From Planctomycetota bacterium (GTDB lineage Bacteria > Planctomycetota > UBA1135 > UBA2386), in contig JBKAGP010000001.1 in the NCBI GenBank assembly GCA_046290465.1, positions 448,001 to 512,000 of the forward strand: a DNA stretch of 64,000 bases. The letters run 5' to 3'. Of the stretch, positions 18,097 through 29,876 are shown one piece after another; position 1 is the first letter of the stretch, and each line of letters starts with the position of its first letter. Made by a program: the position numbers and the translations under genes. The notes beneath the pieces were generated by a model, which saw only the letters and a program-made list of their open reading frames with translations, was not told where the DNA came from and did not search any database.

Positions 18097-18316
18097 GGGG
18101 GTGTCGCTCCGGTGGTGCTGGCGGCTCGCGCCGACGGGGTTCCTGGTCCGTGCGACTCAAGCAGACCGGGGCCGCGCCCGCAAGCGTTCGCGGTCGGGGT
18201 CGCATTTCCGCGACGATTCCCGCGCATGCCGCTCAAGTCGTCCTTGGCAGCGGTCGATGAACCGGGCAACCGGGGCAGACGGTCCCGGACCCCCGAATCA
18301 TTCGACGAGGATACCC

Positions 18317-19357
18317 ATGAGGATCGCGGCCGCCGCAACCCTGCTGTTCGCTCTGGCTTCGTGCTCGACCACGAACACCGACACGGTCAGCCCTTATCAG
18401 CAACCGAACCAGCTGATGGGCAACGAGATCAACCAGCGCATCGAGCAGATTCCCTACCAGCACCGCGAGGAGCTGGTGCAGAACCTGCTGTGGCTGGCAC
18501 AGACCGGCGAGCAGACCATCCCGGCGCTGCTGCAGGGCCTCAACAGCGACAACCCGAAGGTGCGTTCGTCGTGCTGCTGGGTGCTCGGTCGCCTGCGCGA
18601 TCGCCGCACGGTCCCGAGTCTGCAGCGGCTGACCAGCGACTCGGAGACGAGCGTGCGCATGGAAGCGTCGCGTTCGCTGGTGCTGATGGGCGACATCGAG
18701 CAGGCTCCGAAGCTGATCGAAGGCCTCGACAGCGACCGCAAGGAGGTCCGCTACATGTGCCACGAGGCACTGAAGAGCGCCACCGGCCATGACTTCGGCT
18801 ACGACCACCTGAACCAGAACCAGCAGGAGCTGCAGGTCGCGGTGCTGCGGTGGCGTCAGTGGTGGGGGGAGTACTCGGGCGACCAGTTCTTCGCCCAGAG
18901 CTACGAGCAGCAGCACAACCTCAACAACCTGGCGGCGCCGGGTGGCGAGACCCGGCCGATGCAGGACGCCGGTCCGAAGCCGGAGGGCAACCCGGGCAAC
19001 GGCAACGCGTCGAACGGCACGCAGCCGGAGGCGGTCCAGCCCCAGAGTGGCCAACCTCAGAGTGGCCAACCTCAGAGTGGCCAACCACAGAGTGGCCAAC
19101 CGGGCGGCGGCCAGCCGCAGAACGAGCAGCCGAACAGCAGCCAGTCGAACGGTGCCGCCGCGGGCGAGCCGCAGAGCGGCACGACCCCCGAGCAGCCGTC
19201 GCCGACCCCGACGGGCACCAGCGGCAAGCCGGCCACCACGCCGGTGATCCAGCCGCCGGTCGTCGACGCCCCGAAGCCGGGTGCGAACGGCAGCCAGAAC
19301 GCCGGCAGCCAGAAGGCCGGCAGCACGGGCGCGACCGGCACCGGCAGCGACAACTGA
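18317..19357 (+). CDS. HEAT-repeat lipoprotein with low-complexity Q/P/G/S tail
   Basis: Lipobox LAS|C; HEAT-like units (IPALLQGLNSDNPKVR, VPSLQRLTSD..VR, LIEGLDSD..VR); QSGQP x4 at about 19043-19102. Confidence 0.82.
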   Translation: MRIAAAATLLFALASCSTTNTDTVSPYQQPNQLMGNEINQRIEQIPYQHREELVQNLLWLAQTGEQTIPALLQGLNSDNPKVRSSCCWVLGRLRDRRTVPSLQRLTSDSETSVRMEASRSLVLMGDIEQAPKLIEGLDSDRKEVRYMCHEALKSATGHDFGYDHLNQNQQELQVAVLRWRQWWGEYSGDQFFAQSYEQQHNLNNLAAPGGETRPMQDAGPKPEGNPGNGNASNGTQPEAVQPQSGQPQSGQPQSGQPQSGQPGGGQPQNEQPNSSQSNGAAAGEPQSGTTPEQPSPTPTGTSGKPATTPVIQPPVVDAPKPGANGSQNAGSQKAGSTGATGTGSDN

Positions 19358-19463
19358 TCGCTGCGCCCTCCGCGGGGGATTCGCCGCCGGCCGTTCCCAA
19401 CGGCCGACGCCGGCACTAGACTGGCGGGGTCCCACAGACCCCTGACCCGCGAGACCGCTTCCT

Positions 19464-20111
19464 ATGCGCCGAACCCAGTCCGGCTTCACCCTGATCGAAC
19501 TGCTCATCGTCATCAGCATCATCGGGGTGCTGGCCGCGGTGCTGCTGCCGCGTGCGCTCGAGTCGCGCACGGCCGCCAACATCTTTGCCGACGCACGGCA
19601 GATGGGCACCCACTATGGCTGGTTCGAGCTCTACAAGTCGAAGCACAAGAAGGCGCTGCCCAACAAGGGCGGCTACAAGTTCGTGATGTCGACGTGGACG
19701 TCGAAGGTGTTCCCGCACAGCGAGGAGAACCTCGACTTCTTCTTCACGCCGGGGGCCCGCGACAACGACCCCGACTACCGCACCGCACGCGAGCGCATGG
19801 AGATCGGCGAGGACCCGTGGCCGTCGATCGACGACACCCGCTCGACCGATACCCACTACGTCGGGCGCGCCCGCGGCTCGTTGCGCAAGGCCAACTCCCC
19901 GGAGCAGGCCTGGATGGCGACCGACAACGAGGGCCTGTGGGTGTTCGACGACGGCACCGTCAACGTGCTGTTCAGCGACGGCAAGACCCGCACCTACAGC
20001 TACCAGGACCTGCAGCAGCGCTTCGGCCTCGGCGACTTCGACCCGGACCAGCCGATCGAGACCTACGGGCCGAACTCGCCGATCCCGGAGTGCCAGAAGC
20101 TCGACAACTAG
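19464..20111 (+). CDS. Prepilin-type N-terminal cleavage/methylation domain protein (paralog 1)
   Basis: SG|FTLIELLIVISIIGVLAAVLLP; C-terminal GTVNVLFSDG. Confidence 0.88.
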   Translation: MRRTQSGFTLIELLIVISIIGVLAAVLLPRALESRTAANIFADARQMGTHYGWFELYKSKHKKALPNKGGYKFVMSTWTSKVFPHSEENLDFFFTPGARDNDPDYRTARERMEIGEDPWPSIDDTRSTDTHYVGRARGSLRKANSPEQAWMATDNEGLWVFDDGTVNVLFSDGKTRTYSYQDLQQRFGLGDFDPDQPIETYGPNSPIPECQKLDN

Positions 20112-20221
20112 TCGGGTCCGGCCGGTCCGGCCCTCGGCACGCTCCGCGGGGAAGGTAACGCCTCCGGGAACATGCCCGCGCTCCGCTGACGGCGTCGAGC
20201 GCGCCGGGGTCCGAAGCGTCG

Positions 20222-20905
20222 ATGAGTCACGACGCCTCTGCCGTTCCTCCCGCCGGCCGCGCTGCGCGCAGCGCCGGCTTCACGCTGATCGAGCTGATGA
20301 TCGTGATGGCGATCCTCGGCGTGCTGGCCGCCGTGCTGCTGCAGAGCACCGGCGGCGTCCGGCTGGCGGCGCACCAGTTCGCCGACCTGGCGCAGCTGCG
20401 CACGCACGAGACCTGGCTCGAGCTCTACGAGTCCAAGCACCAGCGTGCCCTGCCGCAGGAGTCGGGCCACCGGCTGATCCTGTCGACCTGGACGTCGGGC
20501 GTGATGACGAAGACCGAGGAGAACCTCGACTACTTCTTCTCGCCGGGTGCGCGCGACAACGATCCGGCCTACCGCGCGGCGCGCGAACAGATCGAGGTCG
20601 GGCAGGATCCGTGGCCGTCGCTGGCGCGGGTCGACTCGCTGCAGACCGACTACGCCGGCCGCGCGCGGCGGCACCTGCGCAACGCGCGGCACGCGCGCCA
20701 GGCCCTGATGGCCACCGACAACGAACTCGGCCACGTCTGGTCGGACGGCACCGTGCACGTGCTGTTCGGCGACGGCCGCACGCGCGCCTACAGCTACCAG
20801 GACCTGCAGGCCCGCTTCGGCCTGCCGGACTTCGATCCCGACGTGCCGGTCGCCACGACCGGTGCGGAGTCGCCGATCCCCGAGTGCCGGCAGCTGGTGT
20901 TCTGA
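20222..20905 (+). CDS. Prepilin-type N-terminal cleavage/methylation domain protein (paralog 2)
   Basis: AG|FTLIELMIVMAILGVLAAVLL; colinear with the upstream paralog (EENLDxFFxPGARDNDP, YSYQDLQ, SPIPEC). Confidence 0.88.
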   Translation: MSHDASAVPPAGRAARSAGFTLIELMIVMAILGVLAAVLLQSTGGVRLAAHQFADLAQLRTHETWLELYESKHQRALPQESGHRLILSTWTSGVMTKTEENLDYFFSPGARDNDPAYRAAREQIEVGQDPWPSLARVDSLQTDYAGRARRHLRNARHARQALMATDNELGHVWSDGTVHVLFGDGRTRAYSYQDLQARFGLPDFDPDVPVATTGAESPIPECRQLVF

Positions 20906-20965
20906 TCGCGACCGGCGCCGCCGGCGGGGGATCAGCCGCGCCGGCGGCGCCGGGATCGCCCGCGC

Positions 20966-22045
20966 CTAGAAGAACGCCATCACCGGCACCGACGAGCTGA
21001 CGCTGCCGGTCGCCGACGCGACGTTGCTGCCGTTGGCGATGCGGGCGCACGGGATCGGCAGCTGGCCGTACGGCGGCGTCACCAACGTGACGGCGTCGCT
21101 GAACGACATGCCGGTGGTGGCCAGGTCGATCGAGCCGGCCTGGCACCACAGCCGGTGGCCGGGCGGCAGCAGCGGCAGGTTGGGCAGCGTGCCGTCATAG
21201 CGACCGTTGGTCGTCATCGTGCCGGGCAGCGCGTACCAGAGCTCCGACGAGCTGTAGAACGGGCAGTCGCTGCGCAGCGGCCACGGCGTGCCGTCGAGGC
21301 TGGTGCCGAGCGTCAGGAACGCGCGGGTCGTGTTGCTGCCCGGGTCTGGCACGCCGTTGCGGATCGACACGTCGAACTCGCTGCTGCCGTTCTGCAGGCG
21401 CCACAGGTCGAGGTTGGCGTAGCAGTCGGCGGTCGCGCCCGGTGCCGGGCAGCCCTGCATGGTGCGAAAGCCCGGCTGCATCGCGCGGCCGTCGGCGAAC
21501 TGCTGCTGGGCGTCCAGGTAGACGCTGAAGTTCTGGTCGGGACCGTTGGGCGACTGGTTGCCGAAGATCTCGACGTCGACGCACAGCGTGCCGCCCTGCG
21601 GCGGCACCACGAACGGCACCGCGTACGGGATCACCAGCTCGAAGGTCGGCGACGGGTCGAGCGACGGCCGGTCGGTCGACGGGAACGTCACGACCTGGCG
21701 GGGCAGCACGACCACCGGGTTGGCGCCGGTGTTGTTGGCGAACGTGCCCGAGGCGCTGTCGGCGGGGTTCGGCGACATCGACAGCGTCACCTGCAGGTCG
21801 CACGAGAAGCCCGGCACGATGCCGCGCACGCCGATCGCGTCGCGGCGGTAGGCGTGCGCGGCGATCACCGTGCCGCCCGGCACGTCGTCGTGCAGCGTCT
21901 GCATGCGCGCGCTCTTGCGACCGAGCGGGTAGTGCGAGTAGCTGCTGCCCTCGAGTGGGCCGCGGTCGTTGGGGGACACGACGTTCTGGCAGAGTGCCGT
22001 CGGCACGACGGCGAGGAACGTCAGGACGAACCGTTGGATACGCAT
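20966..22045 (-). CDS. Secreted hypothetical protein
   Basis: Signal peptide MRIQRFVLTFLAVVPTALC|Q; beta-rich, P/T/S/N-rich body. Confidence 0.78.
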   Translation of the reverse strand: MRIQRFVLTFLAVVPTALCQNVVSPNDRGPLEGSSYSHYPLGRKSARMQTLHDDVPGGTVIAAHAYRRDAIGVRGIVPGFSCDLQVTLSMSPNPADSASGTFANNTGANPVVVLPRQVVTFPSTDRPSLDPSPTFELVIPYAVPFVVPPQGGTLCVDVEIFGNQSPNGPDQNFSVYLDAQQQFADGRAMQPGFRTMQGCPAPGATADCYANLDLWRLQNGSSEFDVSIRNGVPDPGSNTTRAFLTLGTSLDGTPWPLRSDCPFYSSSELWYALPGTMTTNGRYDGTLPNLPLLPPGHRLWCQAGSIDLATTGMSFSDAVTLVTPPYGQLPIPCARIANGSNVASATGSVSSSVPVMAFF

Positions 22046-22267
22046 TGGCAAAGTTCTCCACAACGAGCCGCCGGCCTGTCCGGCGGGTCGCCAGGGCAGT
22101 GGGGGCCCGGCGCGCATTCCGCGCCGAGAAAATGGCCGTCGAGTGGTTTGCTTTGCCGATGGGGCGTCGCTAGCCTGCTTGCCGCTTGTCGGGCTCGCTG
22201 GCGCGAGGATGACGAGCAACCGAAAACCAACCTCGTTCTCACCACGCACGATCGTTCGCGGAGCGCA

Positions 22268-22567
22268 ATGACGAGCAACGGCGACAACGGGGCCGGTCCA
22301 TCAGGGAGCGGGCGGTCTCCGAGCGGCCAACGGGCCATCGGCGCAGGTCTGACCCTGGCGGTTTCGGTTGGTGTGTTCGCCTATGGCGGAATCTGGCTCG
22401 ACCGGCAGTTCGGAACCAAACCGTGGCTCCTGCTGCTGCTGGTCCTGCTCGGCATCGTCGGCGGCATGCTGCATCTGATCCGGGAGGTCGCACCTGAGCT
22501 GTGGCCGTTCGGAAAGCCAGCGGACCGGCACGACCAGAACGACGCCTCGAAGCAGGCACCGAAGTAA
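22268..22567 (+). CDS. AtpZ/AtpI family protein (ATP synthase gene 1)
   Basis: GxWLDxxFGTxPW motif with two TM helices at the head of the atp operon. Confidence 0.85.
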   Translation: MTSNGDNGAGPSGSGRSPSGQRAIGAGLTLAVSVGVFAYGGIWLDRQFGTKPWLLLLLVLLGIVGGMLHLIREVAPELWPFGKPADRHDQNDASKQAPK

Positions 22568-22569
22568 CG

Positions 22570-22621
22570 CGTCTGACAACCGATCGTCTGACCAGCCCCG
22601 TCTGACCAGCCCGTCTGACCA
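22570..22621. repeat. Tandem repeat, 4 x 13-15 bp (CGTCTGAC core)
   Basis: Cores at 22570, 22585, 22599 and 22612. Confidence 0.8.
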
Positions 22622-22648
22622 CCAGCGCCGCCACCCCCCTCGGCCTGC

Positions 22649-23185
22649 ATGCCCGACACCCCCTCGACCACGCACACGGAGCAGCCCCTGCAGCAGCAGG
22701 GCGCGGTCTCGACGTCGACGGGCACCGTCACCATCCACCGCGGCATGCTGCTGCGCGCGCTGGGCACGATGATCGTCGTGCTGGCGATCGTCGGCACCGG
22801 CGTCGGCTTGCTGCTGTTCGGCGGCGACGAGCTGCTCGAAGCGTCGGCGCTGCGCTACTACGTGGTCGGTCTGGTGCTGGCCGCGGCCGCGATGATGCTG
22901 ACGATCTGGGTGCACGGCCGCTTCGCCGCGACCCAGATGCCGGGCGCGACCAGCCACGCGGTGTCGGCGCGGCTGACCGGCCTGCTGGCCGCCGGCATGG
23001 GCGTCAAGATGGCGCTGCTGGTGCTCGGCTTCCTGGCCCTGAAGCAATTTCCTCTCAGTGAGGAAGCCACGAAATTCTCGGACATCACGACCTTTGCCGT
23101 GACGTTCGTGGGGGCGGCCCTGCTGTGCCAGACCGGCACGGCGCTGATCCTCGCGCGCGCGCTCGGTCGACGGATCGCCGGATAG
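22649..23185 (+). CDS. 4-TM membrane protein, probable ATP synthase protein I
   Basis: Four hydrophobic segments; position between the atpZ-like gene and atpB. Confidence 0.65.
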   Translation: MPDTPSTTHTEQPLQQQGAVSTSTGTVTIHRGMLLRALGTMIVVLAIVGTGVGLLLFGGDELLEASALRYYVVGLVLAAAAMMLTIWVHGRFAATQMPGATSHAVSARLTGLLAAGMGVKMALLVLGFLALKQFPLSEEATKFSDITTFAVTFVGAALLCQTGTALILARALGRRIAG

Positions 23186-23226
23186 TCGCCTCGACCAACC
23201 AACCCACTCGAACTCCTCCGACGAAC

Positions 23227-24213
23227 ATGCTCGCCAAGCGAATCCTGATCACGGTCTGGTTGTGCCTCGTGGCGGCCGTCGCGCTGCCGGCTCAAGAAGG
23301 TGGCCACGGCGGCGGCAACGAGCAGCAGCCGGAGGCCCACGCGACGGAAGGCGGCGAACAGCACGCTGGCGGCGATCACGGCCACCACGCTCCGTCGCAC
23401 ACGATGGAGATGACCGCGTCGGACATCTTCAAGTGGCAGTTCGACCACAGCGTCACCTACCCGATCGCGGGCGAGAAGGACGGCTGGTTCACGGTCTGGA
23501 ACATCCAGCCGTGGCAGGGCGTCTGCCTGCTGCTGATGCTGCTGATCTTCATGCCGGTCGTCGGCTCCTTCAAGAAGGGCAACGTCGGCTGGTTCACGCG
23601 CGTCATGCGGGGCTTCTGCCTGTGGGTGCGCGACGAGATGGTCTACTCGGTCATGGGCAAGGAAGAGGGCCGGCAGTGGGCGCCCTTCTTCATGTTCATG
23701 TTCTTCTTCATCGTGTTCATGAACGTGATCGGCCTGATCCCCTCGGCCGGCCACGGCTTCCCGCTCGCGATCTACACCGCCACCGGCACGCCCTACGTGA
23801 CCGGCGCGCTGGCCGTCATCACGCTGCTGATGATGCTCGGCTGCGGCATCAAGAAGAACGGCGCGGTCGGCTTCTTCAAGGGTCTGGTCCCGCACGGCCT
23901 GCCGCTGCCGCTGATCCCGATCATGTTCCTGATCGAGGTCGTGTCGCTGCTGGTCAAGCCGTTCGCGCTGACGATTCGTCTGTTCGCGAACATGCTCGCC
24001 GGCCACCTGGTGATCGCCTCGGCGATCGGCCTGATCTTCCTGTTCGCCCGCCTGCAGGAAGGCGCCGCCACCAGCTACCTCACCGCGATCCCGTGCTTCG
24101 GCATGGCGGTGTTCATCTACATCATCGAGGCCTTCATCACCCTGCTGCAGGCCTACATCTTCACGTTCCTGAGCATCAACTTCATCCACCAGTCGATCCA
24201 CCAGGATCACTAG
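23227..24213 (+). CDS. atpB: ATP synthase F0 subunit a
   Basis: KPFALTIRLFANMLAGH, LQAYIFTFL; N-terminal signal-like and His-rich extension. Confidence 0.96.
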   Translation: MLAKRILITVWLCLVAAVALPAQEGGHGGGNEQQPEAHATEGGEQHAGGDHGHHAPSHTMEMTASDIFKWQFDHSVTYPIAGEKDGWFTVWNIQPWQGVCLLLMLLIFMPVVGSFKKGNVGWFTRVMRGFCLWVRDEMVYSVMGKEEGRQWAPFFMFMFFFIVFMNVIGLIPSAGHGFPLAIYTATGTPYVTGALAVITLLMMLGCGIKKNGAVGFFKGLVPHGLPLPLIPIMFLIEVVSLLVKPFALTIRLFANMLAGHLVIASAIGLIFLFARLQEGAATSYLTAIPCFGMAVFIYIIEAFITLLQAYIFTFLSINFIHQSIHQDH

Positions 24214-24284
24214 GCGAAGTCGCTCCGGCACGTTTCGTCAGCTTCAGTTCCAACCCTTCCCTTTCGTCAGTAACGGAGAATCCA

Positions 24285-24548
24285 ATGATCGCTTTCTTCC
24301 AGGATGCCCTCGCTCAAGCGACCGCCTCGAACATCGGCCTCGGCATCGGTGCCGGCCTTGCCGCTGGCCTCGCCGCCGTCGGTGCGGGCATGGGCATCGG
24401 CAAGATCGGTGGCTCGGCCGGTGAGGGCATCGCCCGTCAACCGGAAGCTGCCGGCGACATCAAGGGCAACGCGCTGATCCTCGCGGCCTTCGTCGAAGGT
24501 GTCGCGCTGTTCGCCGCGGTCATCGGCCTGCTGCTCGCGAACAAGTAG
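24285..24548 (+). CDS. atpE: ATP synthase F0 subunit c
   Basis: GAGMGIG, ARQPE loop, ion-binding Glu in FVEGVALF; GGAG SD upstream. Confidence 0.96.
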   Translation: MIAFFQDALAQATASNIGLGIGAGLAAGLAAVGAGMGIGKIGGSAGEGIARQPEAAGDIKGNALILAAFVEGVALFAAVIGLLLANK

Positions 24549-24625
24549 TTCGCGGGTAGGCCGCGGGCACGTCGTCCGCGGCTCCAGGTGCCAGTCGACC
24601 CATTGATCCGTACGCGGAGGTAATC

Positions 24626-25174
24626 GTGCCGTTCGCCAATACTCTGACCATTCTTGCAGCCGAGGACGGCCCGAAGCCGCTCGGCGCGCTGCTGGACTTC
24701 CAGCCCGGCGCGATGATCTGGACGTTCCTCGCGTTCGGCGTCGGCCTCATCTTCATGTGGAAGTTCGTCTACGGGCCGATCACCGCGGCCCTGGAGGAGC
24801 GGGACACGAAGGTCGAGGACGCCATCAAGGCTGCCGAGGTCGCCCGTCAGGAAGCCGAAGCGCAGATGCAGAAGGCGCAGGCCGAACTCGCCGAAGCCCA
24901 GGCCAACGCCAAGCGCATGGTCGAGGAGGCGATGGGTCGCGCCGAGCGCCAGGCTGCCGAAGCCGTGCGTGAGGCCGACGAGCGCGCCAAGGCCGAGCTG
25001 CAGAAGGCCCGCGACACGATCGCGGCCGAGAAGCGCCAGGCCGTGCAGGAGATCCGCGCGATCGCGGTCGACCTGACGATCACCGCGACCGGCAAGCTGC
25101 TCGGTCAAGAGGTCGACGCCGCCAAGAACAAGCCGCTGGTCGAGTCGTTCGTCAGCGGCGCGGAGAACGTCTGA
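24626..25174 (+). CDS. atpF: ATP synthase F0 subunit b
   Basis: Single TM, then KFVYGPITAALEER and a long Ala/Glu coiled coil. Confidence 0.93.
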   Translation: MPFANTLTILAAEDGPKPLGALLDFQPGAMIWTFLAFGVGLIFMWKFVYGPITAALEERDTKVEDAIKAAEVARQEAEAQMQKAQAELAEAQANAKRMVEEAMGRAERQAAEAVREADERAKAELQKARDTIAAEKRQAVQEIRAIAVDLTITATGKLLGQEVDAAKNKPLVESFVSGAENV

Positions 25175-25707
25175 TGACGCTGCTCGCCAAACGCTACGCC
25201 TCGGCGCTGTTCACGCTGGCCAAGGACAAGGGCGCCGTCGATGCGGTGGCCAGCGACCTGGCCGCGCTGCACGGCGAGCTGCACGCGCCCGGCGCGGCGG
25301 CGCTGCTCGACAGCCCGGACGTGGCCGCCGACGAGCGCACCCGGATCCTCGGCAAGCTGACCGAGGGTCGTCACGAGCTGGTCGCAAACCTCGCGGGCGT
25401 GCTGCAGTACCGCCGCCGCCTCGAGGTGCTGAAGGACCTGCCGACGGCGTTCCGCGAGCTGCTGATGCAGGATCGCGGTGAGGTCGAGGGCGTCGCCGAA
25501 TCGGCGCACCCGCTCGGCGAACAAGAACTGGCGGGCCTGACCGACCTGGCCTCCCGCCTGACCGGCAAGAAGGTCGTGCTGACCGCCGCGCACAAGCCCG
25601 AGCTGATCGGTGGCGTGCGCCTGGTCGTCGGCAACGTGCTCTACGACGGCTCGCTGCGGGCCGCGTTGGAACAGCTCGAAAGCAAACTGCAGCATTCGTC
25701 CGTCTGA
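25174..25707 (+). CDS. atpH: ATP synthase F1 subunit delta
   Basis: AKRYASALF, PELIGG...YDGSL. Confidence 0.93.
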   Translation: MTLLAKRYASALFTLAKDKGAVDAVASDLAALHGELHAPGAAALLDSPDVAADERTRILGKLTEGRHELVANLAGVLQYRRRLEVLKDLPTAFRELLMQDRGEVEGVAESAHPLGEQELAGLTDLASRLTGKKVVLTAAHKPELIGGVRLVVGNVLYDGSLRAALEQLESKLQHSSV

Positions 25708-25809
25708 ATCCAGGCGTCGCCGTCCGGCGCGCCCGGGTTGCCGGCGCGCGCCGCGAGGCTCGCGCCACCTACTGATCGCACAACTCCACAGCCACCTTAC
25801 GAAGTCATC

Positions 25810-27351
25810 ATGGACCTCAAACCATCCGAAGTCGCCACCGTCCTCAAGGCCGAGATCGAGGGCTTCCAGGGCAAGATGCAGAAGTCGAACGTCGGCACCG
25901 TCCTGATGGTCGGTGACGGCACGGCCCGCGTGCACGGCCTCGACGACTGCATGATGAACGAGATGCTCGACTTCGGGAACGGCATCTACGGCGTCGCCCT
26001 GAACCTCGAAGAGGACAACGTCGGCGCGGTGCTGCTCGGCTCCGACCGCGAGGTCAAGGAAGGCGACACCGTGCGCACGACCGGCCGCATCATCTCGGTG
26101 CCGACCGGCCTGCAGATGTGTGGCCGCGTGGTCGACTCGCTCGGTCGCGCCGTCGACGGCAAGGGTGACATCAAGGTCGACGAGTCGGACTACCGTCCGA
26201 TCGAAGGCCGTTCGCCGTCGGTGCCGGAGCGCCAGCCGGTCACCGAGCCGCTGCAGACGGGCATCAAGGCGATTGACGCGATGATCCCGATCGGCCGTGG
26301 CCAGCGTGAGCTGATCATCGGCGACCGCCAGACCGGCAAGACCGCGCTGATCATCGACACGTTCATCAACCAGAAGCAGACCGGCGGCGGCGATCCGAAC
26401 AACAAGGATCAGGTCATCTGCATCTACGTCGCGGTCGGCCAGAAGCAGTCGACGGTCAAGGGCGTGGTGCAGAAGCTCGAGGAGAACGGTGCCTTGCCGT
26501 ACACGATCGTCGTGTCGGCGCCGGCGTCGTCCGAGGCCTCGATGCAGTTCCTCAGCTGCTACGCCGGTGCCGCGATGGGTGAGCGACTGCGCGACGAAGG
26601 TCGCCACGTCGTGATCGCCTACGACGACCTCTACAAGCAGGCGCTGGCCTACCGCCAGGTCATGCTGCTGCTGCGTCGTCCGCCGGGTCGTGAGGCCTTC
26701 CCGGGTGACGTGTTCAACCTGCACTCCCGCCTGCTCGAGCGCGCCGCCAAGCTGTCGGACGCGATGGGTGGCGGCTCGATGACGGCGCTGCCGGTCGTCG
26801 AGACGCAGGAAGGCGACGTGTCGGCCTACATCCCGACCAACGTGATCTCGATCACCGACGGCCAGATCTTCGTCGAGTCGTCGCTGTTCAACGCCGGCCA
26901 GCGCCCGGCCGTGAACGCCGGCATCTCGGTCTCGCGCGTCGGTGGCGCCGCACAGATCCCGGCGATGAAGAAGAACGCCGGTGGCCTCCGCATCCAGCTG
27001 GCGCAGTTCCGCGAGCTGGCGGCGTTCGCCCAGTTCGGCAGCGACCTCGACAAGGCGACCCAGGACGCGATCACCCGCGGCCAGCGCATGACCGAGGTCC
27101 TCAAGCAGGCCGAGTACGAGCCGCTGCCGGTCGAGGAGCAGATCGTCATCATCTACGCCGGCACCTCGGGCGGTCTCGACGAGGTCCCGGTCGACCAGGT
27201 CGCCGAGTTCGAGAAGAAGTACCTCGCGTTCGTTCGCGCCAGCCACGCCGACGTGCTCACCGACATCCGTGAGAACAAGAAGTGGACGGACGAGCTGAAG
27301 GCGAAGTGCGACGAGATGGTCAAGACGTTCAAGGGCGAGTTCCTCGCCTAG
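25810..27351 (+). CDS. atpA: ATP synthase F1 subunit alpha
   Basis: [33 protein letters not shown]. Confidence 0.98.
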   Translation: MDLKPSEVATVLKAEIEGFQGKMQKSNVGTVLMVGDGTARVHGLDDCMMNEMLDFGNGIYGVALNLEEDNVGAVLLGSDREVKEGDTVRTTGRIISVPTGLQMCGRVVDSLGRAVDGKGDIKVDESDYRPIEGRSPSVPERQPVTEPLQTGIKAIDAMIPIGRGQRELIIGDRQTGKTALIIDTFINQKQTGGGDPNNKDQVICIYVAVGQKQSTVKGVVQKLEENGALPYTIVVSAPASSEASMQFLSCYAGAAMGERLRDEGRHVVIAYDDLYKQALAYRQVMLLLRRPPGREAFPGDVFNLHSRLLERAAKLSDAMGGGSMTALPVVETQEGDVSAYIPTNVISITDGQIFVESSLFNAGQRPAVNAGISVSRVGGAAQIPAMKKNAGGLRIQLAQFRELAAFAQFGSDLDKATQDAITRGQRMTEVLKQAEYEPLPVEEQIVIIYAGTSGGLDEVPVDQVAEFEKKYLAFVRASHADVLTDIRENKKWTDELKAKCDEMVKTFKGEFLA

Positions 27352-27418
27352 TCCGGACCTCTTCGCGCGCACCCGCAGCACTCGCAGGCTAACCACGAAC
27401 TCCCCGAGCAACTGAACC

Positions 27419-28300
27419 ATGGCGAACCTCAAGGAACTCCGCGGCCGCATCAAGTCGGTGGCCAGCATCGCGCAGATCACCGGCGCGATGGAGATGGTCG
27501 CGTCGATGAAGCTGCGCAAGGTCCAGGCCAAGGCGCAGGGCTTCGCGCCCTACACGGCCGAGATCCGCGACATGATCTTCCGCATCGCTGCCAAGGTCGC
27601 CGGTGAGGAGGACGTGCCGCTGTTCATGGCCCGCGAGGTCGAGACCGTCGGCATCTTCCTGATCAGCTCGGACCGCGGCCTGTGCGGCTCCTACAACAGC
27701 AACCTGCTGCTGGCGCTGCGTCGCAAGGTCGACGCGCTGAAGGCCGAGGGCAAGCAGGTCAAGTTCTGGGTCTACGGCCGCAAGGGCTACGCCTGGCTGC
27801 AGCGCCGCGGCTTCGAGGTCGAGCGCTTCTTCGTCGAGCCGCCGCTCGACAAGGCCGACTTCACGTCGGCCAAGCTGGTCGCCCAGGAGCTGGTCGATGC
27901 GTTCACGTCGGGCAAGGTCGACGAGATGCGCATGTTCACCACGCGCTTCCAGTCGATGGTCAAGTTCGTGCCGACCGACGCGGCGTTCCTGCCGATCAAG
28001 ACCATCGCGGTCGGCGACGACGCCGAGCAGCAGAAGATGGAGCTCGACTTCCTGATCGAGCCGGACGCCACCACGGTGTTCAACGCGTTGATGCCGCGCT
28101 ACCTGGAGACGGTCGTGTTCGACGCGATGCTCCAGTCGCTGACCAGCGAACACGCTTCTCGCCGGATGGCGATGAAGGGCGCGACCGATGCCGCCGGTCG
28201 CATGCAGAAGGACCTCAAGAAGATCTACAACCGCGCCCGTCAGGAGAGCATCACCAAGGAGCTGCTCGACATCGTCGGTGGCGCGAGCGCCGTCAGCTGA
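27419..28300 (+). CDS. atpG: ATP synthase F1 subunit gamma
   Basis: ITGAMEMV, SDRGLCGSYN, NRARQESITKEL. Confidence 0.97.
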   Translation: MANLKELRGRIKSVASIAQITGAMEMVASMKLRKVQAKAQGFAPYTAEIRDMIFRIAAKVAGEEDVPLFMAREVETVGIFLISSDRGLCGSYNSNLLLALRRKVDALKAEGKQVKFWVYGRKGYAWLQRRGFEVERFFVEPPLDKADFTSAKLVAQELVDAFTSGKVDEMRMFTTRFQSMVKFVPTDAAFLPIKTIAVGDDAEQQKMELDFLIEPDATTVFNALMPRYLETVVFDAMLQSLTSEHASRRMAMKGATDAAGRMQKDLKKIYNRARQESITKELLDIVGGASAVS

Positions 28301-28319
28301 GGCTGACCACACCCTTTGA

Positions 28320-29834
<1,515 letters not shown>

Positions 29835-29876
29835 GTCGACCCGCACGCCGCAACCCAACGTTCCCACCCGCTAGCC

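Noticed and set aside
19043..19102. 15-bp tandem repeat as a regulatory or mobile feature
   Set aside because: It is in frame within the lipoprotein and encodes a QSGQP low-complexity linker.
19411..19426. Possible sigma54 promoter before the pilin-like gene (GG-N10-GC)
   Set aside because: The -12 element is TGGC rather than TTGC, there are no CCGG boxes, and a TAGACT -10 hexamer explains the site equally well.
20913..20953. GC-rich hairpin between convergent genes as an intrinsic terminator
   Set aside because: There is no U-tract on either strand; plausible but not supportable.
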